Source of the DNA: Candidatus Altiarchaeota archaeon | GTDB taxonomy: Archaea > Altiarchaeota > Altiarchaeia > IMC4 > QMZM01 | Assembly (NCBI GenBank): GCA_038891095.1 | Contig: JAWAEV010000001.1 | Location: 292,468-356,467, forward strand | Length of the DNA stretch: 64,000 nt | Direction of reading: 5' to 3' | Shown here: piece after piece, positions 8,384-17,550 of the stretch | Layout: every line of letters starts with the position of its first letter | Numbering within the stretch: the first letter of the stretch is position 1 | The notes under the pieces: generated by a model | The model's input: only the letters and a program-made list of their open reading frames with translations | Told to the model about the DNA's origin: nothing | Databases searched by the model: none | Made by a program: the position numbers and the translations under genes

Positions 8384-9079
8384 TTAAGGTGTAGGTACAA
8401 CGATATCTCCTTCCATAAACCAGCTATTAACTTTCCTTGTTGATATAAAAGGGTCAACAGATTTCACTACCGTAGTAGGTGTTTTAACAATCAGTTTTTT
8501 AGACAATGACGACCATCCAGCATTTTTTAAGTGTTCAGCATTTCTGGTTATGAGAAGTTCTTCTGCAGCTTCTCTAGAGGTTAAATCCCTTGAAAAACTA
8601 AAACTAAATCTATGACTAGTTGATTTAAAACTGTTTGAGAATAATTTGTTTGCAGCTTTAGGTACTGTTACTTTTGTAAACTTGATACCGCCTACCATCA
8701 TAGTGACGCTATCTAATGCATACTCCGCTGCACTATTAAACTTTTGCCTATATCTTTTGTATTTATCTTCTTTAGTTTCCCATGTAGCTCCAGCACCACC
8801 AATTCTCACAGGATTGTTACTTTTAAGGGTTGCGCTTTCGATCTTCCGTGACAACTCCTCGTTTAAGTCAATAGTTTTCTTAATACCAAGAGAACTAATA
8901 GTAAGTCCATCATCTTTTTTTGATAGCATAGAGCTTACGGTCAGTTTAGAAAGTATTAGAGAGCTATCAGAAGAACCTGCAGAAACGAGCAGAGAAAAAA
9001 CAGATAACACCAAAATCAAAAAAACAGATCCAAGAAATAATCGTATAATTTCCATATTCTCAATGCTTTTTATTTTCAT
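8384..9079 (-). CDS. secreted hypothetical protein
   Basis: Signal peptide, Ser/Lys-rich N-region, no recognisable domain. Confidence 0.65.
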   Translation of the reverse strand: MKIKSIENMEIIRLFLGSVFLILVLSVFSLLVSAGSSDSSLILSKLTVSSMLSKKDDGLTISSLGIKKTIDLNEELSRKIESATLKSNNPVRIGGAGATWETKEDKYKRYRQKFNSAAEYALDSVTMMVGGIKFTKVTVPKAANKLFSNSFKSTSHRFSFSFSRDLTSREAAEELLITRNAEHLKNAGWSSLSKKLIVKTPTTVVKSVDPFISTRKVNSWFMEGDIVVPTP

Positions 9080-9465
9080 CTTTGTAGCACCAACAGGTAT
9101 ATGTCTTTCAAGGATATAAAAACTTTCTTTCTCAGATTTACGACATTAGTATAATTTCTATGCAAAATTATCTAAGAGAACATTCGTATTTCTTTCAACA
9201 ATATTAGCTATTCAACTAAATAATAAGATAAACTTCTGTAACAATTTAGCTCATGACCTTCTCTTAATATCTTTGGGCTTTTAGACAATTGTTTTATTAA
9301 TTACTAATCTTATTATCTATCTGAGCAGAGTACCATTTAAACCTAAGGATAATTAAGTTAACTTATCGTAATATTTTTCAATAGCGCACAATAATTTTGC
9401 ATTCCCTAAAAAATTTTTAATATATTATTCCATTAAAAACGAATAATCTCCTTATGTGAGAGAAA

Positions 9466-10434
9466 ATGGGGGTAAACTTAAAAGATATTTTACCGCATGA
9501 AAGAATTGACTTTTCTTTTTTGAAAGGAAAAATTGTTGCTGTAGATGCACTAAATTCATTATATCAATTTTTGTCTTCAATAAGACAACCTGATGGAACT
9601 CCACTGATGGATTCGAAAGGTAGAATTACTTCACATCTATCTGGATTGCTCTACCGAACTGTTAGATTATTGAGTTTAGGTATAAAGCCTATTTATGTTT
9701 TTGATGGTGAAGCACCAAAGCTAAAAATGAGGGAATTAGAACAAAGAAAGGAATTTAAGAGGGAGGCAGAAATTGAATGGAAAAAAGCACTCTCTGAAGG
9801 TAGAATTGAAGATGCAAAAAAATTTGCACAAAGAACATCAAGGGTTACAGATTCTATGCTTGAAGATGCTAAAAATTTACTCAACTTTATGGGAATTCCA
9901 TTTGTTCAAGCTCCAAGCGAAGGTGAAGCGCAATGCGTTTATTTATGCAAAAAAGGTGATGCTTTCTGTGTCGGCTCTCAGGACTATGACTCATTACTTC
10001 TTGGTGCAGAAAAATTAGTTAGAGGTTTAACCCTTTCTGGTACCTTAGAACTTGAAATGATTAAATTGGAGGATGTCCTTAGAGAGTTAGGGATAACAAG
10101 AGAGCAATTAATTGACATTGGAATCTTAGTTGGAACTGACTTTAATGATGGTGTTAAAGGTATTGGCCCAAAAAAAGCTCTGAAAATTGTTAAGGAAGGT
10201 AAATTAAAAACATTGCAATTGGATTTTGATTTAAATGAAATTAGGGAAATTTTTCTGAATCCAAAAGTTTCAGACAACTATAAAGTTGAATTTAAAAGAC
10301 CAAACACTGAAAAATTAGTGGATTTCCTTTGTAATGAGCATGACTTCTCGGAGGATAGAGTTAGAAAAGCCTCTGAGAATTTAGAAAATGCTCTGACAGA
10401 ACTCTCACAAAAAAATTTAAGTGCTTGGTTTTAG
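9466..10434 (+). CDS. fen: flap endonuclease 1
   Basis: MGVNL, DALNSLYQFLSSIRQPDG, SEGEAQ, SQDYD, GTDFN..GIGPK, C-terminal PIP box QKNLSAWF. Confidence 0.97.
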   Translation: MGVNLKDILPHERIDFSFLKGKIVAVDALNSLYQFLSSIRQPDGTPLMDSKGRITSHLSGLLYRTVRLLSLGIKPIYVFDGEAPKLKMRELEQRKEFKREAEIEWKKALSEGRIEDAKKFAQRTSRVTDSMLEDAKNLLNFMGIPFVQAPSEGEAQCVYLCKKGDAFCVGSQDYDSLLLGAEKLVRGLTLSGTLELEMIKLEDVLRELGITREQLIDIGILVGTDFNDGVKGIGPKKALKIVKEGKLKTLQLDFDLNEIREIFLNPKVSDNYKVEFKRPNTEKLVDFLCNEHDFSEDRVRKASENLENALTELSQKNLSAWF

Positions 10435-10547
10435 CAGTTATCATTAATCTTAGTGCAATTATTTTATTATTAAATCCTTTCTTTATAAATTTAGACATTT
10501 ATTATTCAAATTTTAATGTTTAATAGGAAAATTTTTAGTTGTTTAAT

Positions 10548-11048
10548 ATGAATGTTGCTAAAATGGAAAAAATTGATAAAAATTGGAGGGTTGTAAATTT
10601 ATTGAAAGTTTTTATTTTTGTTTTTTTCTTAGCAATTTTTATTTATTCTGCCCCATATATATGGAATGCGATTGGTATAGGGACTAATGTTCCATTATTT
10701 AACATAAAACAAGAAATTTTTCTTTTTTTGTTTTCATTAATTACATTTTTTATTCTGCTCTACATAATTTGGATATATCTTTTTTATAGAAATTTTCACT
10801 ATGAATTAGCTAAGGACTTTGTTAGGATAAAGAAGGGTATTTTAACAAAGAGCGAGATAATGATACCATACAGCAAGATAAGAGATGTCAAAATTTCTCA
10901 GGGAATTTTACAAAGATTTTTTAATATATCAACTCTAACAATTGAGTTAATAAGTTATAGCGAAGCTGACATTGTTGAAAGTGAAATTCCAGGAATAGCA
11001 AAAGCTGATAAAGTTGCAGAAAAAATATTATTAAAGGTAAAAGGTTAA
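10548..11048 (+). CDS. membrane protein with bacterial PH domain (bPH_2)
   Basis: Two TM helices then IKKGILTKSEIMIPYSKIRDVKISQGILQRFF; start uncertain. Confidence 0.8.
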   Translation: MNVAKMEKIDKNWRVVNLLKVFIFVFFLAIFIYSAPYIWNAIGIGTNVPLFNIKQEIFLFLFSLITFFILLYIIWIYLFYRNFHYELAKDFVRIKKGILTKSEIMIPYSKIRDVKISQGILQRFFNISTLTIELISYSEADIVESEIPGIAKADKVAEKILLKVKG

Positions 11049-11101
11049 TTAGGAAAGTTAAAAATTTAATATATTTTCTTTTCTTCTTTAATTATTTTGA
11101 T

Positions 11102-12013
11102 ATGAAGATAATTTTTCTTGGTACTTCGGGGGCTGTGCCAACTAAGGAAAGAAACCTCTCTTCAATTTTTTTGGAATATCTTGGAAATTATTTTTTGTTT
11201 GACTGTGGTGAAGGCACACAAAGACAGATGCTTAATGCGAAGATAAATTTTATGAGAATAAATCATATTTTCATTTCACATCTACATGCTGACCACTTTT
11301 TGGGCTTAGGTGGTTTAATACAAAGTATGAATTTTTTAGACAGGAAGAAGGAATTATGTCTCTATGGGCCAAAGGGTTTTAGGAAAACAATGGAACATAT
11401 GCTCTCTATGGGTACATTTATTTTAAATTCCTTTTCTATAAAAGTTCATGAAATTTCTGGAGGTATTGTTCTTGAAGATGATCGCTATTTAATTTCCGCA
11501 ATTAAAAATTCTCACAATATTAACTCTTTAGCATATAAATTTGAGGAAAAACCAAAGAGAAAATTTTTGAAAGAGAAAGCTCTTAAGCTTGGAATTCCTG
11601 AAGGCCCACTATTCTCAAAATTGCAAAAAGGGAAAGAGGTTATTATTTCTGGAAGAAAAATTTCACCAGATGAAGTATTATCAGAACCAATTCAAGGCAG
11701 AAAAGTTGTTTATTCCGGAGATACAAAATTTTGCAAAGAGCTTATTGAATTTGCAAAAAATGCAGATGTTCTAATACATGAATCAACATTCTCTGAAAAT
11801 GAAAGAGAAAAAGCTGATGATTCAGGACATTCAACAGCAAAAGATGCTGCAACTATTGCAAAAGAAGCAAATGTAAAAAAACTTTTTTTGACTCATATTT
11901 CTCAAAGATACGTCAATCCTGAAATTCTAGAAAAAGAGGCAAGAGAGATTTTCCATGAAAGTTATATTGCAAAGGATTTTCTAAAAATAAAAATTGAGAA
12001 GCACGATATTTAG
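11102..12013 (+). CDS. rnz: ribonuclease Z
   Basis: FLGTSGAVPTKERN, DCGEGTQ, SHLHADH, exosite GIPEGP, YSGDT, HEST, HST, THISQRY. Confidence 0.97.
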   Translation: MKIIFLGTSGAVPTKERNLSSIFLEYLGNYFLFDCGEGTQRQMLNAKINFMRINHIFISHLHADHFLGLGGLIQSMNFLDRKKELCLYGPKGFRKTMEHMLSMGTFILNSFSIKVHEISGGIVLEDDRYLISAIKNSHNINSLAYKFEEKPKRKFLKEKALKLGIPEGPLFSKLQKGKEVIISGRKISPDEVLSEPIQGRKVVYSGDTKFCKELIEFAKNADVLIHESTFSENEREKADDSGHSTAKDAATIAKEANVKKLFLTHISQRYVNPEILEKEAREIFHESYIAKDFLKIKIEKHDI

Positions 12014-12050
12014 TTTTGTTTTGAAATATATTATTAATAGTTTTAATTTT

Positions 12051-12124
12051 GGGATCGTGGGGTAGTTTGGTTATCCTTCGAGCTTTGGGAGCTCGCGACC
12101 GGAGTTCAAATCTCCGCGATCCCA
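12051..12124 (+). tRNA. tRNA-Pro(TGG)
   Basis: GGGATCG/CGATCCC acceptor stem, anticodon arm CGAGC-TTTGGGA-GCTCG, TTCAAAT T-loop; no encoded CCA. Confidence 0.95.
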
Positions 12125-12141
12125 CTATGCTCATTTTTAAA

Positions 12142-13686
12142 ATGGAAGTTAAAGTCAGAACTATTGATCTAGACGCTGGTGGAAAAAATATCGTAATTCT
12201 TAATAAGAATGATGCTGAAGAGCTTGGTGTTTATCCCCTCGATAGAGTTATGTTAGAATATAAAGGAAAGGCTACGACTGCTATTGTGAATACAAGTGAA
12301 AAATTTGTAAAAAAAGGGGAGATTCTTGTTTATAATGAAGTAAAACAAGAGTTGAACTTGCGAGGATATGCTAAGGTTAATGTAAAAAGAAGGGAAAAAC
12401 TTAGCTCGAAGGAGTTTATAAGACAAAAAATAGAGGGTTTACAACTTCGTAAGAATGAATTAGAAAGTATTGTTAACGATGTTGTAGAGAAAAAACTAAA
12501 TGATCTGGAACTTGCGGCGTTTATCACAAGTTTGTATATTCATGGGATTTCAATTGAGGAGGCAGCGTATCTAAGCGAGGTAATAGCTAATGGCGGAGAA
12601 CAATTAAGATGGGATAAGGAGTATGTCATGGATAAACACAGTTTAGGTGGTGTTCCAGGAGATAAAACAACTCTTTTAGTTGTGCCAATAGTTGCTTCTG
12701 CTAATCTAACTATTCCAAAAACTTCTTCAAGAGCAATAACTTCCCCAGCTGGCACAGCAGATAGAGCAGAATGTATAATGCCTGTTAACTTATCAGTCAA
12801 AGAAATAAAAAAAGTTGTTGAAAAAACAAATGCATGTATTGCATGGGGAGGGGCATTAAACATGGCTCCTGCAGATGATCTTTTTATAAGAATAGAATAT
12901 CCATTAGATTTAGATCCACTATTTATGCCATCAATAATGGCAAAGAAAAAAGCTGCTGGCTCAACACATTTAGTTTTAGATTTGCCCACAGGTTCTGGAA
13001 CAAAAATTGAAAATCTTGAAAATGCTAAAAAAATTGCTGAAAATTTTCTTGATTTAGGACAAAAGTTAGGAATTAAAGTGCAATGTGCAATAACTTTTGG
13101 TGAGGAACCAATTGGAAATTGTATTGGTCCAGCTTTAGAAGCAAGAGAAGCTCTGATGGCATTAAAAACAGGCAAGCCAAAAGACTTAGTTGAGAAAGCA
13201 TGCTCTTTAGCAGGAATTTTATTTAGCATGGTTGGAAAAGGTGATAAAAAAACAGCTTATAAAATACTGCACTCTGGAAAAGCAGAGAAAAAATTTAGAG
13301 AGATTATAGCAGAGCAAGGAGGAGATGAAAAAATTCATTTTGAGGATATAAAAGTTGGTGAAAAAACTAAAGACTTCTGTGCTGAATGCTCAGGAGTGAT
13401 TCTCAGCATAAAGAATCATGAAATTGCAAAAACTGCAAAAATTGCTGGAGCACCAAAAGATAAAGAAGCAGGAATTTTGCTGTATAAAAAAATTGGAGAA
13501 TTTGTTGAAAAAGGTGAACCATTGTTTAGAATATATGCAAAGAAAGATGAAAAACTAAGAGAAGCTGCTGAATTTGCAACTAAAACAAATCCTTTTGTTA
13601 TTGTGAGTAAGAACAAAAATATGGTTATGGAAATTTTGAGTAAAAGAGAAAATAGCTATAGAAAAGTTTTCACAATTGAAAGGTAA
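12142..13686 (+). CDS. AMP phosphorylase (thymidine phosphorylase family, NMP degradation)
   Basis: N-terminal extension, DKHSLGGVPGDKT, KTSSRAITSPAGTAD, GIGPALEA-like motif, AGAPKDKEAG; real start ATG 12142 after the tRNA. Confidence 0.93.
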   Translation: MEVKVRTIDLDAGGKNIVILNKNDAEELGVYPLDRVMLEYKGKATTAIVNTSEKFVKKGEILVYNEVKQELNLRGYAKVNVKRREKLSSKEFIRQKIEGLQLRKNELESIVNDVVEKKLNDLELAAFITSLYIHGISIEEAAYLSEVIANGGEQLRWDKEYVMDKHSLGGVPGDKTTLLVVPIVASANLTIPKTSSRAITSPAGTADRAECIMPVNLSVKEIKKVVEKTNACIAWGGALNMAPADDLFIRIEYPLDLDPLFMPSIMAKKKAAGSTHLVLDLPTGSGTKIENLENAKKIAENFLDLGQKLGIKVQCAITFGEEPIGNCIGPALEAREALMALKTGKPKDLVEKACSLAGILFSMVGKGDKKTAYKILHSGKAEKKFREIIAEQGGDEKIHFEDIKVGEKTKDFCAECSGVILSIKNHEIAKTAKIAGAPKDKEAGILLYKKIGEFVEKGEPLFRIYAKKDEKLREAAEFATKTNPFVIVSKNKNMVMEILSKRENSYRKVFTIER

Positions 13687-13692
13687 CTTAGA

Positions 13693-14493
13693 ATGTATGT
13701 GGTGAAAGCATCTGGTAGAAAAGAAGAATTTGATGAAAAGAAAATTTTTAGAACTTGTATTAGAGCAGGTGCGTCTAAAAAATTTGCAAATGAAGTTGCA
13801 AAATCTGTAAAAGAGAAATGCTATGAGGGTATTACAACAAGAGAGATCTTGGAGTTAACACTAAAATTTCTAAAAAAGGAAAGGCCAGGAATTTCTTCAA
13901 GATATGACTTAAAAAGGGCAATTATGTGTCTTGGTCCAACAGGATTTCCATTTGAGCAATTTTTTGCTGAGATTTTGCAGAACTATGGATATGAAACCTG
14001 TGTTAGAAAAATTTTCAATGGTAAATGTGTTGAACAGGAAGTCGACATTGCAGCAAAAAAAGATTCACTTAAGTATATGATAGAATGTAAGTATCATAAC
14101 GAACTCGGAATTTATACTGGACTAAAAGTTGCACTCTATACATATGCAAGATTTCTTGATTTAAGTGATAAATTTGATAAAGCATGGCTTGTTTGTAATA
14201 CAAAACTCACTAATGAGGCAATAAAATATTCAAATTGTGTTGGAATAAAAATAACAAGTTGGCACTATCCAAAAGATGAAAGTCTTGAAAAATTGATTGA
14301 GAAAAAAAAGCTTTACCCTATAACAATTTTAAAATCTTTAAATTTTTGTGAGAAGATAAAGGTAATGCAAGCAAATTTTTTGCTAATTGAAGATTTTCTT
14401 AGGTATAGTAAAGAAGAGCTCAGAAAGAGAACTAAAATAAAAATGGGAAGTTTAGAAAAAGCAATTGAAGAGACAAAGAATATTTTGTTATAA
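13693..14493 (+). CDS. ATP-cone domain fused to Mrr-type restriction endonuclease domain
   Basis: VVKASGRKEEFDEKKI (ATP cone); GFPFEQF, QEVDIAA...MIECKYH PD-(D/E)xK motif. Confidence 0.85.
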   Translation: MYVVKASGRKEEFDEKKIFRTCIRAGASKKFANEVAKSVKEKCYEGITTREILELTLKFLKKERPGISSRYDLKRAIMCLGPTGFPFEQFFAEILQNYGYETCVRKIFNGKCVEQEVDIAAKKDSLKYMIECKYHNELGIYTGLKVALYTYARFLDLSDKFDKAWLVCNTKLTNEAIKYSNCVGIKITSWHYPKDESLEKLIEKKKLYPITILKSLNFCEKIKVMQANFLLIEDFLRYSKEELRKRTKIKMGSLEKAIEETKNILL

Positions 14494-14500
14494 TTTAAAT

Positions 14501-15100
14501 TTATTTTCCTTTCCTCTCATGAGCTTTTATACTGGGTCTTAATTTCTCTGTACCTTTACCCTTCTTTGTTAAGCCGCGAGATTTTTTTCCAGCTGGAGTT
14601 AAGCCTCGATAAACTCTTTTTGTATGCTGCTTTTCACAAATCCAGTTTATATCTTTATCTGCTTTTATTGCAGGGTGGTGTTTATCAACAAGTATGACCT
14701 CGTACCATTTATGTTTTCCATCTTCTAAAATCCAATAAGAACCAAGAACTTCCAAATTTGGAAATTTTTTTTGAGCACGTTCTTCTGCAATTCTTTGAAT
14801 TGATTTTTCTGGAGTTATCTTTTCAACACCCATCCTCTTTGGTCCTCTTCCAGAATTTGGCCTTGATTTTCTCATACCACCTTTTCTTACTCTTACCCTA
14901 GCAATAACAAAACCCTGCTTTGATTTATAGCCATATCTTCTTGCTTTGTCAATTCTTGTTGGTTTTTCTATTCTCACAACAGATGCTGAATCTCTGAAAA
15001 TTTTTTTCCTTTCAAGAAGAAGTTTTTTTAACTCCTTATTTTCCCTGCTTTTCTTTGTTATTCCACGATATAGTTCCTTAACATATTTGTAATAGCCCAT
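14501..15100 (-). CDS. rpl15e: 50S ribosomal protein L15e
   Basis: RIEKPTRIDKARRYGYKSKQG, FPNLEVLGSYW, RGLTPAGKKSRGL. Confidence 0.97.
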   Translation of the reverse strand: MGYYKYVKELYRGITKKSRENKELKKLLLERKKIFRDSASVVRIEKPTRIDKARRYGYKSKQGFVIARVRVRKGGMRKSRPNSGRGPKRMGVEKITPEKSIQRIAEERAQKKFPNLEVLGSYWILEDGKHKWYEVILVDKHHPAIKADKDINWICEKQHTKRVYRGLTPAGKKSRGLTKKGKGTEKLRPSIKAHERKGK

Positions 15101-15104
15101 TTTT

Positions 15105-15149
15105 ATACCCTTGTGGATTCAAGATAAGCTCACATTTCCGAACGGGTTT
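15105..15149 (-). promoter_or_regulatory. candidate eL15 ribosomal-protein leader RNA
   Basis: Minus strand ACCC-GTTCGGAAA-TGTG-AGCTTATCTTGAATC-CACA-A-GGGT just before ATG: nested ACCC/GGGT and TGTG/CACA pairings in AT-rich context. Confidence 0.55.
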
Positions 15150-15210
15150 ATTAATCTTTCTTCTAATATTCTTTTATATTCTCAGTTAATGAATAAAAAT
15201 AAGCATTGAA

Positions 15211-15834
15211 ATGCCACTAAGAGCAATACTAAGATTTCTAAGGAGATTTTTTTGGAGGAAAAAAGTTATAAGATTGGGCTTATATGGCCCACCTAACTCA
15301 GGAAAGACAACACTAGCAAACAGAATCTCTATTGACTGGACTGGTGAACCAGTTGGAACTGTTTCTGAAATTCCACATGAAACAAGAGAAGTTCAAAAGA
15401 AAGAGCGAATAACAGTGAGGTTTGGAAATAAAAAAATCGTGATGAGTTTAATTGATATGCCGGGAATTGCAACAAAAATCGACTATGAAGAATTCCTTAA
15501 ATATGGGCTAACAAAAGAAAATGCAAAACAAAGAGCAAAAGAAGCAACGAAAGGTGTAATAGAAGCAATAAAATGGCTTGAGCATGTTGATACTGCATTA
15601 GTTGTTTTAGATTCGACAAAGGATCCATACACACAAGTTAATATAACAATAATTGGAAATCTTGAAGCAAGAAAAATTCCAGTTATATTAGTTGCGAATA
15701 AAACTGATTTAAAAGATTCAAAACCAGAATTGGTTGAAGAAGCATTTCCACAGCATCCGGTTGTGAAAGTTTCAGCTCTTAAGGGATATAATTTAGAAGA
15801 ATTATACAACGCTATATATAAATATTCAAAATGA
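15211..15834 (+). CDS. oapA: Era-like GTP-binding protein OapA
   Basis: GPPNSGKTT, PHETRE, DMPG, NKTD, SAL; DPYTQVN signature. Confidence 0.88.
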   Translation: MPLRAILRFLRRFFWRKKVIRLGLYGPPNSGKTTLANRISIDWTGEPVGTVSEIPHETREVQKKERITVRFGNKKIVMSLIDMPGIATKIDYEEFLKYGLTKENAKQRAKEATKGVIEAIKWLEHVDTALVVLDSTKDPYTQVNITIIGNLEARKIPVILVANKTDLKDSKPELVEEAFPQHPVVKVSALKGYNLEELYNAIYKYSK

Positions 15835-16184
15835 AAATAGAGCTCGAATTTATTTCATCAGATGTTCTTAACCCAATGGGCGAGGACAGTAAAATAGAGT
15901 ATATCATAGAAAAGATAAAAAAGGATAAAATTATCATAACAGATGATAACCTCTCTCATAGAGAAGAAGCTCGGCTTATTGAGGAAACAATGAAAAGGAT
16001 AAATGAGAATTTTCCAGGAATTGAAGTTTCAACACTTGGAGAGACAAAACAAGGGATTAGAGAAAAGCTTATAAGACTACTTGGTGGAAAAACAGGCGGG
16101 CTTACAATAATTGGACCTTCCAAGCTAATAAGAAAAATAAAAAAAGAGCCACAACAAATCTTTGTTTTAGCTGAGAAGAAATAA
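15831..16184 (+). CDS. oapB: OapB / DUF2073 family protein
   Basis: EEARLIEETM..I..FPGIEV, GLTIIGPS; ATGA overlap with oapA. Confidence 0.82.
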   Translation: MKIELEFISSDVLNPMGEDSKIEYIIEKIKKDKIIITDDNLSHREEARLIEETMKRINENFPGIEVSTLGETKQGIREKLIRLLGGKTGGLTIIGPSKLIRKIKKEPQQIFVLAEKK

Positions 16185-16185
16185 A

Positions 16186-16566
16186 ATGCCTCATAAATGT
16201 GCTCGTTGCGGAGAAATTTATGATGATGGCGCTCCTGAATTAATTCAAGGTTGCAAATGCGGAGCAAGGGTTTTTTTATATATTCGTGTTGGAGAAAACG
16301 AAAGTAAAGAGGAGGTTATTGCTAAGCTGAAGGGAAAAGAAATTTCAAGTTCTGATTTAGAATGGTTAGATAAGGAATTTGGAGATAAATTACAAGCAGA
16401 AGGAAAGACAATACATCTTGATGTTGAGACATTAGAAAGAATTGATGAAGGTAAATTTAAATTAGATGTTGCCTCTTTAATGAGAGGAAAACCAGTGGTT
16501 ATAAAAGCAAAGGAAGGAGTTTATTACATAGATATCCCATATGCATTTAAGAAAAAGAAGAAATAA
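16186..16566 (+). CDS. oapC: OapC / DUF2072 Zn-ribbon protein
   Basis: MPHKCARCG...GCKCG, EGVYYID. Confidence 0.85.
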   Translation: MPHKCARCGEIYDDGAPELIQGCKCGARVFLYIRVGENESKEEVIAKLKGKEISSSDLEWLDKEFGDKLQAEGKTIHLDVETLERIDEGKFKLDVASLMRGKPVVIKAKEGVYYIDIPYAFKKKKK

Positions 16567-16671
16567 CAGATGAAAATTTAGTAGATAAAAAAGTCTAATG
16601 TAGGATGCCAGAATATCTCCTTCTAATATTTACTTTGCAATAGTTATGATACATGAAAGAGAATTTATAAG

Positions 16672-17499
16672 TTAAACTTTCAACTTTGAGGAAATTTCTT
16701 TTGCTTGAAAATTTGCTTTTTGAAGCAAATAAGGAATTGTTTCTTTTGTTGGAATTTCTGTATTTAATGCCAAATTTAAAGTTTCGTTATATGCTCGTTG
16801 GATGAACAACTTTACAGTGTATTTAGTATAGAAATTTAAATTTAGTGATAAATTTATTGCCTCTCTTATTGCAGAATTAATTTTTTGATTAACAACATTT
16901 TTATTAATCATGAGAACATCTCTGCTGTAGATTAAACCATTATTATAAATCGCTCTTATACTGAACGAAATTTCTTTTGGAAAAACATTTAATCTTGGTA
17001 AAATTGCTGCAAGTTCTTTTGAAATAGAACTATTTGCTTTTGCAACAACTGAATTCTCTGTGACAAAAATTTTTCCACCCTTTATCTGAGCTTTTATGCC
17101 AACTTTTTGTAGTTCTGCAAGAATAGGTCCTGCTCTCAGACTTGTTTCTCCTGCAGGAATGACTATATCATAAGGTGCTTTATCTCCAGGTTTTAGTGGT
17201 GCAAATGTTTTATTTTCTTCAATTAGACTATTTACTTGTAATGGATCTAATTCTGAGAGCAATAATGCTGTTGAACCTTCAACCTCATTTACAATTTTGC
17301 TAAGTTTTGATTTTTCAAGAGCCTTTTTTATAATGCTTTTCTTACTAACATATATCTGAAGTTTATCCCTTAACTTTTTTCTCATAAGTTGAAATTGCTT
17401 TGAAGGAATTCCTAAAATTCCAACAACTGCAACTGTTTTTGATTCAGAAATTTTCTTTGATAATTCTTCAACTTGCCTTAGTTTCCAATCTGCAACCAT
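16672..17499 (-). CDS. rpl10: 50S ribosomal protein L10 (P0), lacking acidic C-terminal tail
   Basis: ADWKLRQVEEL, GIPSKQFQLMR, PGDKAPYDIVIPAGET; three stalk-binding helices at C-terminus. Confidence 0.93.
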   Translation of the reverse strand: MVADWKLRQVEELSKKISESKTVAVVGILGIPSKQFQLMRKKLRDKLQIYVSKKSIIKKALEKSKLSKIVNEVEGSTALLLSELDPLQVNSLIEENKTFAPLKPGDKAPYDIVIPAGETSLRAGPILAELQKVGIKAQIKGGKIFVTENSVVAKANSSISKELAAILPRLNVFPKEISFSIRAIYNNGLIYSRDVLMINKNVVNQKINSAIREAINLSLNLNFYTKYTVKLFIQRAYNETLNLALNTEIPTKETIPYLLQKANFQAKEISSKLKV

Positions 17500-17550
17500 T
17501 TTGAGAAATAAAATATATAATAGCAGTTGTTATTTAAATTAGAATCTAAA

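Noticed and set aside
12049-12141. N-terminal extension of the 545-aa ORF
   Set aside because: Overlaps tRNA-Pro; the real start is ATG 12142.
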